From contig CBDBHB010000008.1 of the NCBI GenBank assembly GCA_965205505.1, positions 320,001-384,000 of the forward strand: a stretch of DNA of 64,000 nt, given 5' to 3'. Position 1 is the first letter of the stretch; the number at the start of each line of letters is the position of its first letter. A program made the position numbers and the translations under genes. Positions 30,493-41,072 of the stretch are shown in pieces. The DNA is from Acidobacteriota bacterium (GTDB lineage: Bacteria > Acidobacteriota > UBA890 > WLXD01). The notes beneath the pieces are model-generated. The model was not told the origin of the DNA, made no database searches, and worked only from the letters and a program-made list of their open reading frames with translations.

Positions 30493-32016
30493 ATGAGCGA
30501 AGGTGGGCACAAGAAACACGGGGATGACGGGCGGATCAAGGTCAGCCGTCGCGACTTTGCCAAGACCTCAGTGGCGGCGGGTGCCGCGGCGGTCGCGCTG
30601 CCCGGTGCCGTGCGCGCGGAGACATCGAAGAGCGCCAAGCTGGCCTCGCTCCGCTCGAGAGCGGTGGAGAATCGGCCTGCCGCGCGCCGGATCACGCCGC
30701 CGCGGCAGGCCGTCGGATACGGCGGCAGCGGTGCTGCACGCAACGACGGCAAAGCCTCCAAAACGGAGAAGGTGTATCCGGGCGGCTGGCAACCGGGCAC
30801 CACGATCCCGGCAGAGTACTACCTCCAAGAGGAGCACTACCTACGCGACGAGGCGTTCCTCAAAGAGAACCTGTGGCTGTTCGCCGATCACGTCGACCGG
30901 ATCCCGAACCCCGGCGACTACTTCGTGTACCAGTTCGGTCGTGCCGAGAGCGTCATCATAGTGCGCAACCCGGCAGGCGAGATCAAAGCGTTCCACAACG
31001 TCTGCCGCCACCGCGGCTCGCGCCTTTGTCGTCACGATGCCGACCCGATCCCCGACGATCCGCGCCTGTCAGTCAAGCAGCTCGGGCAGATGGGCAACAG
31101 CCCGGTGTTTCGCTGCCCGTATCACGCCTGGACGTACGACACGGACGGCACCCTGATCCACGCTTACGGCATGCAGGAGGACTTCGATCCGGCCGACAAC
31201 GGCCTCGTTCCGTGCCACCTGCGGGTGTCCGAGGGCATGATCTTCGTGCATCTGACGCAGGCGTTGGAACCACCCGACTTCGACGAGCAGGTCGGTAACG
31301 ATATCCATCCGGTGCTCAGCTACTACGGCAGCGCCGAGCTGAAGGTCGCGGTTCGCGAGCAGTATCCGATCCACGGTAACTGGAAGCTGGCGCTGGAGAA
31401 CTTCCTTGAGTGCTACCACTGTGGCCCGTCGCACAGGTCGCTGGTCACGACGCACAACTGGGACCAGGAGATGCCGCGCAGGCATCGCACCCAGCGTAAC
31501 GCGCAGGTGGCCGAGTGGGTCACGCAGGAGGGCAAGCGCGTCATCTCCAACGATGGCGGCATGGGCGGCGCGGAGTACGAGTCGAGCATGGGCGGCAGTC
31601 TGAACCCCGGCTTCATGACCGGCTCACTGGACGGCAAGCCGGTGGCGCCGCTGCTGCCGAATATCAAGGAGTGGACGTACGGCACGCGCGTCACCGGCAC
31701 ACGGTGGTCGCAGTTCTACGTGCAGGCTTACGACGACCATCTGGGCATCGCTCGCTTCACGCCGCGCGATCCCGAGCACACCGACTGCGAGCTGATCTGG
31801 CTAGTGCACCCGGACGCCGTCGAGGGCCACGACTACGATCCCGAGAGGGTCAAGGCCCTGTGGCACATCACCATCCAGGAGGACATCTGGGTGGTGGAGA
31901 ACAACCACGCCGGGGTTCGCTCTGGAGCCTACGGAGCTGGGCGCTACGCCCGCAGCGAGGGTGGCCCGAGGGGCTTCATCAGGTGGTACATGAACCAGCT
32001 CGTCGGCGCCCAATAG
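30493..32016 (+). CDS. Rieske non-haem iron oxygenase alpha subunit (GbcA/choline monooxygenase-like) with a Tat-like leader
   Basis: NVCRHRG..CPYHAW Rieske motif; NWKLALENFLECYHC...H; N-terminal SRRDFAK plus hydrophobic stretch. Confidence 0.88.
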   Translation: MSEGGHKKHGDDGRIKVSRRDFAKTSVAAGAAAVALPGAVRAETSKSAKLASLRSRAVENRPAARRITPPRQAVGYGGSGAARNDGKASKTEKVYPGGWQPGTTIPAEYYLQEEHYLRDEAFLKENLWLFADHVDRIPNPGDYFVYQFGRAESVIIVRNPAGEIKAFHNVCRHRGSRLCRHDADPIPDDPRLSVKQLGQMGNSPVFRCPYHAWTYDTDGTLIHAYGMQEDFDPADNGLVPCHLRVSEGMIFVHLTQALEPPDFDEQVGNDIHPVLSYYGSAELKVAVREQYPIHGNWKLALENFLECYHCGPSHRSLVTTHNWDQEMPRRHRTQRNAQVAEWVTQEGKRVISNDGGMGGAEYESSMGGSLNPGFMTGSLDGKPVAPLLPNIKEWTYGTRVTGTRWSQFYVQAYDDHLGIARFTPRDPEHTDCELIWLVHPDAVEGHDYDPERVKALWHITIQEDIWVVENNHAGVRSGAYGAGRYARSEGGPRGFIRWYMNQLVGAQ

Positions 32017-32325
32017 CCCATCGACGTTACGGCGGCGATAGAGAGTACCGCTCGGACCGCGTCGCGAACACCAAGTCGGCACAGGCCAACGTCCGGTGCC
32101 GTCTCTTGTTGCAGAATCAGACCAAGGGCATCCTGTCGTGTTTTCAGTCACCGCAGCCGCGCCTCGAGACATCTAACGCTTGCCTGTTCTGCTTTGGAGT
32201 GCGTCACGAACGGCCTTGCTGTTAGCCATCACTTGTCTCTGTCAGCAGGTTAGGGTTGCACTACAACTTTCTAGCTAGAGCCCTCATCGTGCCGTATGAA
32301 GACAGGCTAGCTGGCTCTGTGCCGC

Positions 32326-32583
32326 ATGGCGGGTGGGCGCGCCGCATTGCTGCGTGTGCTGTCCGTGACCGACCAGGCAGTGGAGCTCACCGATGCTGGA
32401 GGGCCACAGGCCTGGTACCGGCGCACAGACGTGTTCCGAATGGATAGTGCGCTCCTGTCGGCGCTGGTACGCGCCCGCGCTGCCGGCGACACCGCAGCCC
32501 TGGAGGCGCTATGGGACCAGGCAGTGCCCTGGGCACCTGGAGGAGCAGGACGGTTGAAGGGTACGGCTCGGGCGCGCCCGTGA
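32326..32583 (+). CDS. Small hypothetical protein
   Basis: 85-aa ORF with protein-like composition; no recognised motif. Confidence 0.3.
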   Translation: MAGGRAALLRVLSVTDQAVELTDAGGPQAWYRRTDVFRMDSALLSALVRARAAGDTAALEALWDQAVPWAPGGAGRLKGTARARP

Positions 32584-32822
32584 AGGTCGGCTCGCTGAGC
32601 CCCCAGAGGTCTAAAGGAGTCCATCGTATTCCCCGAAATAATGGTGGAAATGGTGCGGGGATGTGCGACTAGTTGTTCATGTAACATATTGTAGATAAGC
32701 AGTTTATAAGAATTACTATGGCGGTTTCTGCCATCGTCGGCGTTGGGGGAGTCTCGCGGCCCCAAGAGTACGCTACGGGCAGCAGAAGCCGCCCGTTGTG
32801 ATTCCGAACCTGGAGGCAGACT

Positions 32823-34190
32823 GTGAAGCTGCGTTACGCCGTACTGGCGCTCGTCTGCTTCGTCGGGGTCGCACACACTGGCGCAGCCGCACCGCGGGTC
32901 GCGGCGGCGGTGGACAGCGTGGCGCCCGAGCGCATCGTGGTGGTGGGCGGGGGCATCTCTGGCCTGGCGGCGGCGCACACGTTGCACGAGGCCGGTTACG
33001 AGGTCGTGGTGCTGGAGGCCAAGGACCACCTCGGCGGACGCGTCTGGACGGACCGCGCCACGGGGACGCCGCTGGACATGGGAGCCAACTGGATTCAGGG
33101 AGTCCAGGGCAACCCGATCAGCACGCTCGCCGACCAGCTCGGGCTCGAGCGGGTCGTGACCGACTACGACAACACTGCGGACTATGACTTTGACGGCACC
33201 CCGGAGCCGCTGAACCAGGCCCAGTACGCCAGCTGGGAGAGCGTGCTCTGGTCGTACACACGCAGTTTTCTGCGCCGCGCGCCCAACGCCACGATCCAGA
33301 TCATGATCGACCGGGCACGCCAGGCGGGTGAACTCGATACCCTCACGGATCGGCAGCTGGACTTTCTACTCAACAACTACGTTGAGCAGGAGTACGCAGC
33401 CGACGCCGCGGAGATGGCGGTTCGCGGCCTTGGTGAAGGCAAGTCGTTTCGCGGTGACGATGTCGTCTTTCCGGGAGGCTACGACGCCATCATCGCCGCC
33501 TTGGCCAGCGGCTTGAGCGTGCATCTGAGCACCGTGGTGAGGATCATCGAGCACGGGGGTTTCGGGGTCAGGGTGCATACGGACAGCGAGGTGTTCGAGG
33601 CGCAGCGACTCGTGGTAACGCTTCCTCTCGGGGTGCTCAAGTCGGGTGACGTGAAGTTCACGCCGCGGCTGCCGCTCTGGAAGCGTCGGGCAATAGAGCG
33701 GCTCGAGATGGGCGTGTTAAACAAGGTCTGGCTGGTGTTTCCGAACGTGTTCTGGGACGCCGAGGTGCATGCGATCAACTACCTGAGCCAGGGCAAGGGG
33801 CGGTTCTCCTACTGGCTGAACTTGTCACGCCACACCGGTGCTCCGGTGTTGGTGGCGTTCAACGCTGGCGCCTACGGACGAGAAGTGGAAACGCTGAGCG
33901 ACGCGCAAATCATCGACGCAGCCATGCAGGTGCTGCGGAGGATATACGGCGGCGGCATTCCCGATCCGGTGGCAACGCGCATCACGCGCTGGTCCTCGGA
34001 CCCTTTCGCGTATGGCTCGTACTCGTTCCTACCACCTGGTGCGCGGAGCGTTCACCGACGGCGGCTGGCACGAGCCGTCAAGGGCCGACTGTTGTTCGCG
34101 GGCGAGGCGACCAGCCACGAGTACCCGGCTACGGTGCACGGCGCCTACCTGTCGGGGGTGCGGGCGGCAGAGCAGATCCTGGATCGCTAG
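32823..34190 (+). CDS. Flavin-dependent amine/polyamine oxidase family protein, secreted
   Basis: VVGGGISGLAAA, EA.D..GGR, MGANWI and FAGEAT..TVHGAYLSG motifs; signal peptide. Confidence 0.9.
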   Translation: MKLRYAVLALVCFVGVAHTGAAAPRVAAAVDSVAPERIVVVGGGISGLAAAHTLHEAGYEVVVLEAKDHLGGRVWTDRATGTPLDMGANWIQGVQGNPISTLADQLGLERVVTDYDNTADYDFDGTPEPLNQAQYASWESVLWSYTRSFLRRAPNATIQIMIDRARQAGELDTLTDRQLDFLLNNYVEQEYAADAAEMAVRGLGEGKSFRGDDVVFPGGYDAIIAALASGLSVHLSTVVRIIEHGGFGVRVHTDSEVFEAQRLVVTLPLGVLKSGDVKFTPRLPLWKRRAIERLEMGVLNKVWLVFPNVFWDAEVHAINYLSQGKGRFSYWLNLSRHTGAPVLVAFNAGAYGREVETLSDAQIIDAAMQVLRRIYGGGIPDPVATRITRWSSDPFAYGSYSFLPPGARSVHRRRLARAVKGRLLFAGEATSHEYPATVHGAYLSGVRAAEQILDR

Positions 34191-34546
34191 CGGATCCGCA
34201 CGGCTGCTCTACGGGGCCGCCTGTGCAGAGAATAGCCAGCCGCGTCGTGGTCGAGAGTGTCATAGTCGGCGCGCCTATCTGCGCCGTCTTCGGCACGCCG
34301 CGTGGTAGGCCGCAGAGTAGCTGACTGGATACGTCTCGACGCAACTGCGGCTCATGGCCGGCTCGCGTGCGCGGCGACGGTACCGGTCGCGTGCGGCTCT
34401 CGCGGCGCGGCGGTGTTGACGTGGCGGCGTGTCACCCCTCGCCGCTGACGCATCCGCTGCATCTCCCCGGCGCGTCGCCGTCAGGTCTCTCGTCGGTAGA
34501 GTGCGGGACTCGATCGGTCGAGAAACGATGCCCCGAGGCCAGGCCG

Positions 34547-34565
34547 TGTTAGACGGACGTTAGAT
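34547..34565. promoter_or_regulatory. Putative integrase arm-type direct repeat
   Basis: tgttagacggacgttagat, matching 30100-30118. Confidence 0.55.
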
Positions 34566-34570
34566 AGAAC

Positions 34571-34611
34571 GACGAAAGGGACCAGGCGTCTCCGACTTGG
34601 TCCCTTTCGTC
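34571..34611 (-). terminator. Hairpin downstream of tRNA-Met
   Basis: 14-bp IR gacgaaagggacca / tggtccctttcgtc. Confidence 0.65.
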
Positions 34612-34627
34612 ATCGGCACTTACGCAG

Positions 34628-34701
<74 letters not shown>

Positions 34702-34739
34702 TCCAGGAAAAAAGACGGTACGACAGGCTCCAGGGGTCG

Positions 34740-35678
34740 TCAAGCGCGCTGCCGGGACATCTCGATGAGCGGAAACGCAGCGCGGGCGCGGCGCCGTAGC
34801 AAGCGTGCCTTGAGCGTGGCCGCGGCGGCGCGCCAGGCGGCCGGTGGACGGACCAGGTGGACGGCTAGATGCAGCTGTTCGCTGATTTGCGCCAGCCGCG
34901 CCGAGGTCAAGAAACCGATGCCGCTGAACGAGTCCGTATCGTGGCCTGAGCTGCGCATCGCGCGGCGCTGCTCCTCGAGCATCTGCTCGCCGTCGTCGCC
35001 ACGCTGGTAGTACGGCGTATCCATGACAACCAGGCTGCCCTTCGGGCGAAGCACGCGGAGCGCTTCCGAGAGGGTATCTCGAAGGGAATTGGAGTAGTGG
35101 ATGCTGCCATTGAAGATCAGTAAGTCGGCGTCACTGTCGGCCAACGGCAGGCGATCGAAGCCTGCTTGGATGGTCAAGATCGAGCCGGGTTCGGCGTAGC
35201 GTGCGAGAGCACCGAGACCATCGCGTTCGTCGGCGTTGACATCGACGGCGGCGACTCGATGGCCACTACACGCAAGGCGGTGACTGAGCCAGCCATTACC
35301 CGCGCCCACGTCGACAATGCGCAGCTCGCGGTCCGCCGTACGCGACATCGGGCGGACGACGCGCCGCTCCAAGCAACGGTAGCTCTGAGCTCGGATTCTC
35401 CATACTGCGGAGTGACGTCGCGAGCGGTCCTCGAACGGCAACGCGCGGTAGAACTCTGCGTCGTCGCTGCCCCATCCCTCGGTCTCTCGCACCCGCGCGT
35501 ACTGATCCAGAAAGGGCTGGTGGGCAATGCGGTCAGCATCACGCAGGAGTCGCCAGATTCCCGCCTCGGCGTTCCACATCCGGCTCTCACTCGCGCACCG
35601 GCGAGCGTCGCCGACCGGCTCCTCGAGGCGGCTACGGCACTCCGGGCAGATGAGTCGAAACACCGGGGTTGCGGGCAC
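34740..35678 (-). CDS. Class I SAM-dependent methyltransferase with an N-terminal Trm112-like Zn ribbon
   Basis: CPEC at N-terminus; IVDVGAGNGW motif I. Confidence 0.85.
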   Translation of the reverse strand: MPATPVFRLICPECRSRLEEPVGDARRCASESRMWNAEAGIWRLLRDADRIAHQPFLDQYARVRETEGWGSDDAEFYRALPFEDRSRRHSAVWRIRAQSYRCLERRVVRPMSRTADRELRIVDVGAGNGWLSHRLACSGHRVAAVDVNADERDGLGALARYAEPGSILTIQAGFDRLPLADSDADLLIFNGSIHYSNSLRDTLSEALRVLRPKGSLVVMDTPYYQRGDDGEQMLEEQRRAMRSSGHDTDSFSGIGFLTSARLAQISEQLHLAVHLVRPPAAWRAAAATLKARLLRRRARAAFPLIEMSRQRA

Positions 35679-35738
35679 GCCGACAGCCTAGCAGGCCGTA
35701 CTGGAGGATCATCCCGGCGATCCTGGTACGCTAGATCC

Positions 35739-36236
35739 ATGGTCGAGGCGGAGGCACGAATCAAGCGCTGGCTCTCGGTACCGGGGAGCTCTGCCGCGTT
35801 ACAGCCGATCGTGCGCAACATGGCACGGTTGTTCGCGCCGCGTCACCGCATCGGTGTGTTCGTCGCCACCTTCGACAACGACGACCGCGTGCTCCTCCTG
35901 CGACATGTACTGCATCCGGCGGCTCCCTGGGGTCTGCCTGGCGGCTGGCTGGAGCGGCACGAGCGGCCGCAGGACGGAGCACGGCGCGAGTTTCGTGAGG
36001 AGACCGGGCTCGATGTCGAAATCGGAGACATTGCTCAGCTCGAGATCGAGAGCGAGCCCGAACACGTAACGATCGTATTTCTGGGCCGGGCGCTCGCCGG
36101 TGACGTTCGGCTCGGTGCGGAGATCGCCGACCATGGCTGGTTTGGTGAGGAAGAGTTACCGACCGGCACACCGCCATTTTTCAGGACCGCGATCCGGCAT
36201 GCTGTGCAACGCGCGCGCGAGGTCGATGCACGATGA
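35739..36236 (+). CDS. NUDIX hydrolase
   Basis: WGLPGGWLERHERPQDGARREFREETG Nudix box. Confidence 0.9.
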   Translation: MVEAEARIKRWLSVPGSSAALQPIVRNMARLFAPRHRIGVFVATFDNDDRVLLLRHVLHPAAPWGLPGGWLERHERPQDGARREFREETGLDVEIGDIAQLEIESEPEHVTIVFLGRALAGDVRLGAEIADHGWFGEEELPTGTPPFFRTAIRHAVQRAREVDAR

Positions 36237-37269
36237 CGCTCCGTGTTGGTATCGACGCACGGTTTGTCGATCCGGCCTACCCGGGGATCGGGCGTTACGT
36301 GTCGAATCTGATTCCGGCGCTAACTCGCCAGCCCGGCATCGATCGAGTGTGTGTTTTTCACCGCGCCGAGCAATCACTCGACGATCTGGCACATGGAGCG
36401 CGCCCAGAGGACGTGCGCTCGATAAGAGTGCGGGCGCGGGTGCGGTCCCTGGCTGAACAGCTCGAGCTGCCGCGTCTGGCACGGCGCCACCGACTCGACG
36501 TGTTCCACGCCCCCTACGTGCTGGCGCCCATGCGCCTTCCCTGCCCCATGGCGGTGAACATCTACGACCTGATTCCGCTACGCCCCGACGGTGGCCTATC
36601 GCCGCCGAGACGCGCTGCGTTCCGGCAGCTCGTTCGGCTGGCGTTGCGGCGGGCGGAGAGTTCCGACCGATCGGCACCGATGAGAGCCACGCGGCGCTCG
36701 CCGGCCTGGACGTTCCCGAGAGTTACCTCCTCTACGTTGGCGCTTGGCGGCCTCACAAGAACCTGGCCCGGCTGCTAGAGGCCTGGGGACGGCTTGGCGA
36801 CGCCAGGCAAGGGGCGCACCTGCTGCTAGCGGGCCCGGCGGGCGCCGATGAGGCGATGAGCTCCTCCGCAGCGGCGGGTCGCGAGCTCGACAACGTCCGG
36901 TTCCTCGGTTGTATCCCCAACGCCGTGCTGCCCTCCTTATACTCCCGAGCCCAGGGCTACGTGCAACCGTCCATCGAGGAAGGATTCGGGTTCCCGGTGC
37001 TCGAGGCGATGGCCTGCGGTGTCCCCGTCGCCTGCTCGGCGACGGCTGCTCTGCGCGAGCTCACAGGCGCGGCAGCGATCCATTTCGATCCATTCAACAC
37101 TGGCTCCATCGTTGCGTCCCTTCGGCACCTGCTTGCCGGGGAGCACGGCCGCGCCGATCGAATCCGCGCTGGTCTGCGGCGCGCCGCCGAGCTCGATTGG
37201 AGCCACACCGCCACGTCCACGGTCGAGATCTACCGCGATATCGCCCGACCGGCGGCACGGGTAGCGTGA
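36233..37269 (+). CDS. GT4 glycosyltransferase, disrupted (probable internal deletion/frameshifts at ~36660-36790)
   Basis: IGIDAR-like start, GIGRY, IYDLIPL; HKNLARLL in another frame; EGFGFPVLEAMACG. Confidence 0.8.
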
Positions 37270-37274
37270 GTCGA

Positions 37275-38369
37275 ATGCGGGTGCTGCACGTGTACAAGGA
37301 TTACCCCCCGGTGATCGGCGGCATCGAGGGACACATACGTCTGCTCGCAGAGGCGCAGGCTCGACGCGGGTTGGAGGTGACCGTGTTGGCCACCTCGCCC
37401 GACCGCCATACATCGATCGACCAGGAGCATGGCGTACGGGTGGTCCGGGCCGGCCGGCTTGGGGAGCTGGCGTCGACACCCATCAGCCTGCGGTTGGTGC
37501 GACAGCTACAGCGCGAGCGCGCCGACGTAGTGCATGTGCACATGCCGTATCCGTTGGCTGAGCTTGCCGAGCTCACGATGGGGGGCCGGCGTGCTTGCGT
37601 GGTGACCTACCACAGCGATGTGGTAAGGCAGCGAACGTGGGCGGGGTTGCTCGCCCCGCTGCGCCGGCGGTTCTTGCAACGCACCCGATGCGTGCTCGCT
37701 ACCAGTGCCGCGTATGTGAGTAGCTCTCCGACACTGAGCCGCATGCGCGACAAGTGCCGCGTCGTTCCGCTGGGCGTCGACATCGAACGGTTCGCCGACC
37801 CCGAGCGCACCGTCCGGTCGTCGATCGACGTGGCTGGACAGGTCGTCCTTTTCGTAGGCCGCTTCCGCCACTACAAGGGGTTGTCTGTTCTGGTCGAGGC
37901 GATGACGCAACTCGATGCGAACCTGGTGCTGGTGGGCGACGGTGTCGAACGGCGCCGCCTCGAGCGTCAGATTCGCCACTCCCCGGCGCGTTCGCGCATC
38001 AGTATTATCAGCGACGTGACCGACGAGGACCTGCCCGGCTGCTACGCTCGTGCCGACGTCGTCGTGCTCCCTTCAACGCAGCGCAGCGAGGCCTTCGGGT
38101 TGACGCTGGTCGAGGCCATGGCGAGCGGCACTCCTGTGGTCAGCACCGAGCTGAGCACTGGAACGAGCGAAGTGAACGAGCACGGGGTTACCGGCTTGGT
38201 GGTGCCCCCCGACGATCCGGCGTCGCTGCGGGCCGCGCTCGATACGCTGCTGGGCGATACGACGCTGCGAGAGCGCATGGGGCGCGCCGCAACGCACCGC
38301 GCTCGTGCGTGCTACGCCGCGAGCCAGATGGTCGATGCCACCCTCGAGGCCTACGAGGACGCTCTATGA
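37275..38369 (+). CDS. GT4 glycosyltransferase
   Basis: YPPVIGGIE, FVGRFRHYKG and SEAFGLTLVEAMASG motifs. Confidence 0.9.
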   Translation: MRVLHVYKDYPPVIGGIEGHIRLLAEAQARRGLEVTVLATSPDRHTSIDQEHGVRVVRAGRLGELASTPISLRLVRQLQRERADVVHVHMPYPLAELAELTMGGRRACVVTYHSDVVRQRTWAGLLAPLRRRFLQRTRCVLATSAAYVSSSPTLSRMRDKCRVVPLGVDIERFADPERTVRSSIDVAGQVVLFVGRFRHYKGLSVLVEAMTQLDANLVLVGDGVERRRLERQIRHSPARSRISIISDVTDEDLPGCYARADVVVLPSTQRSEAFGLTLVEAMASGTPVVSTELSTGTSEVNEHGVTGLVVPPDDPASLRAALDTLLGDTTLRERMGRAATHRARACYAASQMVDATLEAYEDAL

Positions 38370-39496
38370 GCTCGTACCTCACACCCACATCGCCGCGGCA
38401 GACACCCGGTGCGCTGGCGTCCGGGGGAACATCACCAAGAGTGCTGACTCCGATAGAGCGAGACGTCGTGCTGACCCTCGCTTACGCCGACATGTTCGAC
38501 TATCCGCTTACCTTGCCGGAGATACATCGCTACCTCGTCGGCACCGCCGCAGAGTTGGCCGAGGTAACCACCGCGGTCAACGGGCTGGAGGGGCGGGGCA
38601 TCGAGCGGCGCGACGGCTACGTGTTCGTAGCCGGACGTCGGCACACCGTCGACATGCGACTCCGCCGCCGGCGTTCGAGCGCACCTCGATGGGACACGGC
38701 GCGACGATACGCGTGGGCCTTGAGTCGGTGTCCGTTCGTGCGGATGGTGGCGGTGTGTGGCTCGTTGGCGGTAGACAACGTCGACGACCACGGCGATATC
38801 GATATCTTCTGCATCACCGTCCGTGGGCGGCTCTGGTGGGGGCAGGTGGCCGCCATGCTGCTACGCCGGTTGCCGGCGTTCGCGCGCCAGCATGTGTGTC
38901 CGAACTTCTTTCTATCAGCTGGCAGCCTGCGCCTCGACGACCGCAACCTGTACACAGCTCACGAGATCATCCAGGCTGCGCCACTGGCCGGCGAAGCAGT
39001 GTACCGCGAGTTCGTCGACGCCAACGACTGGCTCGACGAGCTACTACCCAACGCGCGCGGCGCAGATGTAGACACCATTGGCGGGGCCGCCGATGAGCCC
39101 GGCGGCGGACCACGAGGTGACCACCAACGCCGAGGCGCCGCGTTCATCGAACGACTGTTCGGTGGCCGGTTCGGGGACGCGCTCGACCGCATAGGCTACG
39201 AGACATTGCTCCGCTACTACGCGCTGCGGTTGCGTGCACGCGGTGTAACCCTGCAACAGCTGCGCCGCTATTACCGACGCGATCGCCAGCTGGTTGTCGG
39301 TGGGGGCTACGAGGCGATCGTTCGATCGCGGTTTGCCGCGCACCTGCGCGAGCTTCTCGGCGACCCTGGCGCGGCCGCCATGGTGGCGCGTCTGCTCCCC
39401 GTTGGCGAAGCTAGCGCCACGAACGGGCCGGGCCGCCGGCCATCGCAGCCGCTGTACGAGCAGCAGTTCGAGACTCGCTACGGAGCAGACCGGTGA
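38366..39496 (+). CDS. Nucleotidyltransferase-fold protein
   Basis: VCGSLA..DIDIF (hGS..DxD) motif; N-terminal YADMFDYPLT. Confidence 0.65.
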   Translation: MSSYLTPTSPRQTPGALASGGTSPRVLTPIERDVVLTLAYADMFDYPLTLPEIHRYLVGTAAELAEVTTAVNGLEGRGIERRDGYVFVAGRRHTVDMRLRRRRSSAPRWDTARRYAWALSRCPFVRMVAVCGSLAVDNVDDHGDIDIFCITVRGRLWWGQVAAMLLRRLPAFARQHVCPNFFLSAGSLRLDDRNLYTAHEIIQAAPLAGEAVYREFVDANDWLDELLPNARGADVDTIGGAADEPGGGPRGDHQRRGAAFIERLFGGRFGDALDRIGYETLLRYYALRLRARGVTLQQLRRYYRRDRQLVVGGGYEAIVRSRFAAHLRELLGDPGAAAMVARLLPVGEASATNGPGRRPSQPLYEQQFETRYGADR

Positions 39497-41067
39497 GCGA
39501 CCTGCTGGTGGGCCAGTCCTATTTCCTACGCTTCGACCCGAAACTCTACCGGGCCATGCGGCCGCAGCCGCCACTGGGATCGTTGTGGGCCGCGTCGTGC
39601 GCCCGCCAGCAAGGCCACTCGGTGCAGGTGTTCGACGCCATGCTGGCAGAGTCTGAGGACGACTGGGCCGCGGCGCTAGAGCGGGCCCGCCCGCGTTTCG
39701 CCGTGTTGTTCGAAGACAACTTCAACTACCTGTCGAAGATGTGTCTGCTACGCATGCGCGAGGCAGCATTCCGCATGATCGCAATGGCAGGCAAGCGCCA
39801 GTGCGAGGTAATCGTGTGCGGCTCCGACGCTACCGATCACTCACGTGAGTACCTCGAGCAGGGGGCCGACTTCGTGCTCAGCGGCGAGGGTGAGGCCACC
39901 TTGATCGAGCTTTTGGCCTCACGCACCGGGCGCAGCGACCAACCGGTGGAGGCGATCGCAGGTTTGCGCTTCCTGGCAGCCGACGGCAGCTTTCGCGACG
40001 CCGGCAGCCGGCCTCTGCTGATCGATCTGGATGCGTTGCCCGCACCGGCGCGGGATCTGATCGACATGGAGCGCTATGCGTCGATCTGGCGGCAACGCCA
40101 CGGCATGTTCTCGCTGAACATGGCCACCACCCGCGGCTGTCCCTTCCACTGCAACTGGTGCGCCAAGCCCATCTGGGGGCAGGCCTACCACACCCGTAGC
40201 CCTGAGCACGTGGTCGCCGAGATGGCGCAGATAGTCGAGCAATACGGCGTGGAGCACATCGACTTCGCCGACGACATCATGGGGCTGCAGCCGGGATGGC
40301 TGGGGCGATTCGCCGACCGTCTTGCCGACGCCGGGCTCCGAGTGCCCTACAAGTGCCCGAGCCGCGCCGACCTGCTGCTGCGCGAAGGCGAGATCGGCGC
40401 GCTGCGACGCTCCGGTTGCCGCACGGTATGGATGGGGGCCGAGTCGGGCTCGCAGAAGGTTCTCGATGCGATGGAGAAGGGCACCACGGTCGAACAAGTC
40501 GAGGAGGCCAGTGGGCAGCTGCGCCAGGCGGGAATCGGCGTCGGGTTCTTTCTGCAGTTCGGCTACCCGGGCGAGACACAAGATGACATCGATCGGACGC
40601 AACAGCTGGTGCGACGCTGCGCGCCCGACGAGATCGGCATCTCGGTGTCGTACCCGCTGCCCGGCACCAAGTTCCATGATCGCGTGCAAGAGCAGTTCGG
40701 CACGCAGCGCAACTGGGTAGATTCCGACGACATGGCGATGCTCTACGCCGGCCCGTATAGCGCTCCGTTTTATCGTCGGCTGTACCACGTTGTGCAGCTC
40801 GAATTCCGTCGCGACCGAGCGCTTGCCGAGGCCATCGGCCGCGATCACCGACCGACCTCGACGCCCCGCCGACGATTGCGCTGTCTCGCCGCAGCCACGG
40901 CGCACACACTGCGTTTGCCGTTCGAACGTAGGCAACTGGAACGACTGCGGCGGCAATCGGCAAGCGGGCCGCAGCTGATCGCCCAGCCGGTCGATCGGGA
41001 AGAGGCCGCCACCCCTACCCCGCAGGCTGCCGCGCACGCCACTCCGCAGCCAATCGCGCAGGGCTGA
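39493..41067 (+). CDS. B12-binding radical SAM protein 1
   Basis: PPLG N-terminal cobalamin domain; TRGCPFHCNWC; GAESGSQ. Confidence 0.92.
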   Translation: MSDLLVGQSYFLRFDPKLYRAMRPQPPLGSLWAASCARQQGHSVQVFDAMLAESEDDWAAALERARPRFAVLFEDNFNYLSKMCLLRMREAAFRMIAMAGKRQCEVIVCGSDATDHSREYLEQGADFVLSGEGEATLIELLASRTGRSDQPVEAIAGLRFLAADGSFRDAGSRPLLIDLDALPAPARDLIDMERYASIWRQRHGMFSLNMATTRGCPFHCNWCAKPIWGQAYHTRSPEHVVAEMAQIVEQYGVEHIDFADDIMGLQPGWLGRFADRLADAGLRVPYKCPSRADLLLREGEIGALRRSGCRTVWMGAESGSQKVLDAMEKGTTVEQVEEASGQLRQAGIGVGFFLQFGYPGETQDDIDRTQQLVRRCAPDEIGISVSYPLPGTKFHDRVQEQFGTQRNWVDSDDMAMLYAGPYSAPFYRRLYHVVQLEFRRDRALAEAIGRDHRPTSTPRRRLRCLAAATAHTLRLPFERRQLERLRRQSASGPQLIAQPVDREEAATPTPQAAAHATPQPIAQG

Positions 41068-41072
41068 GAGCG

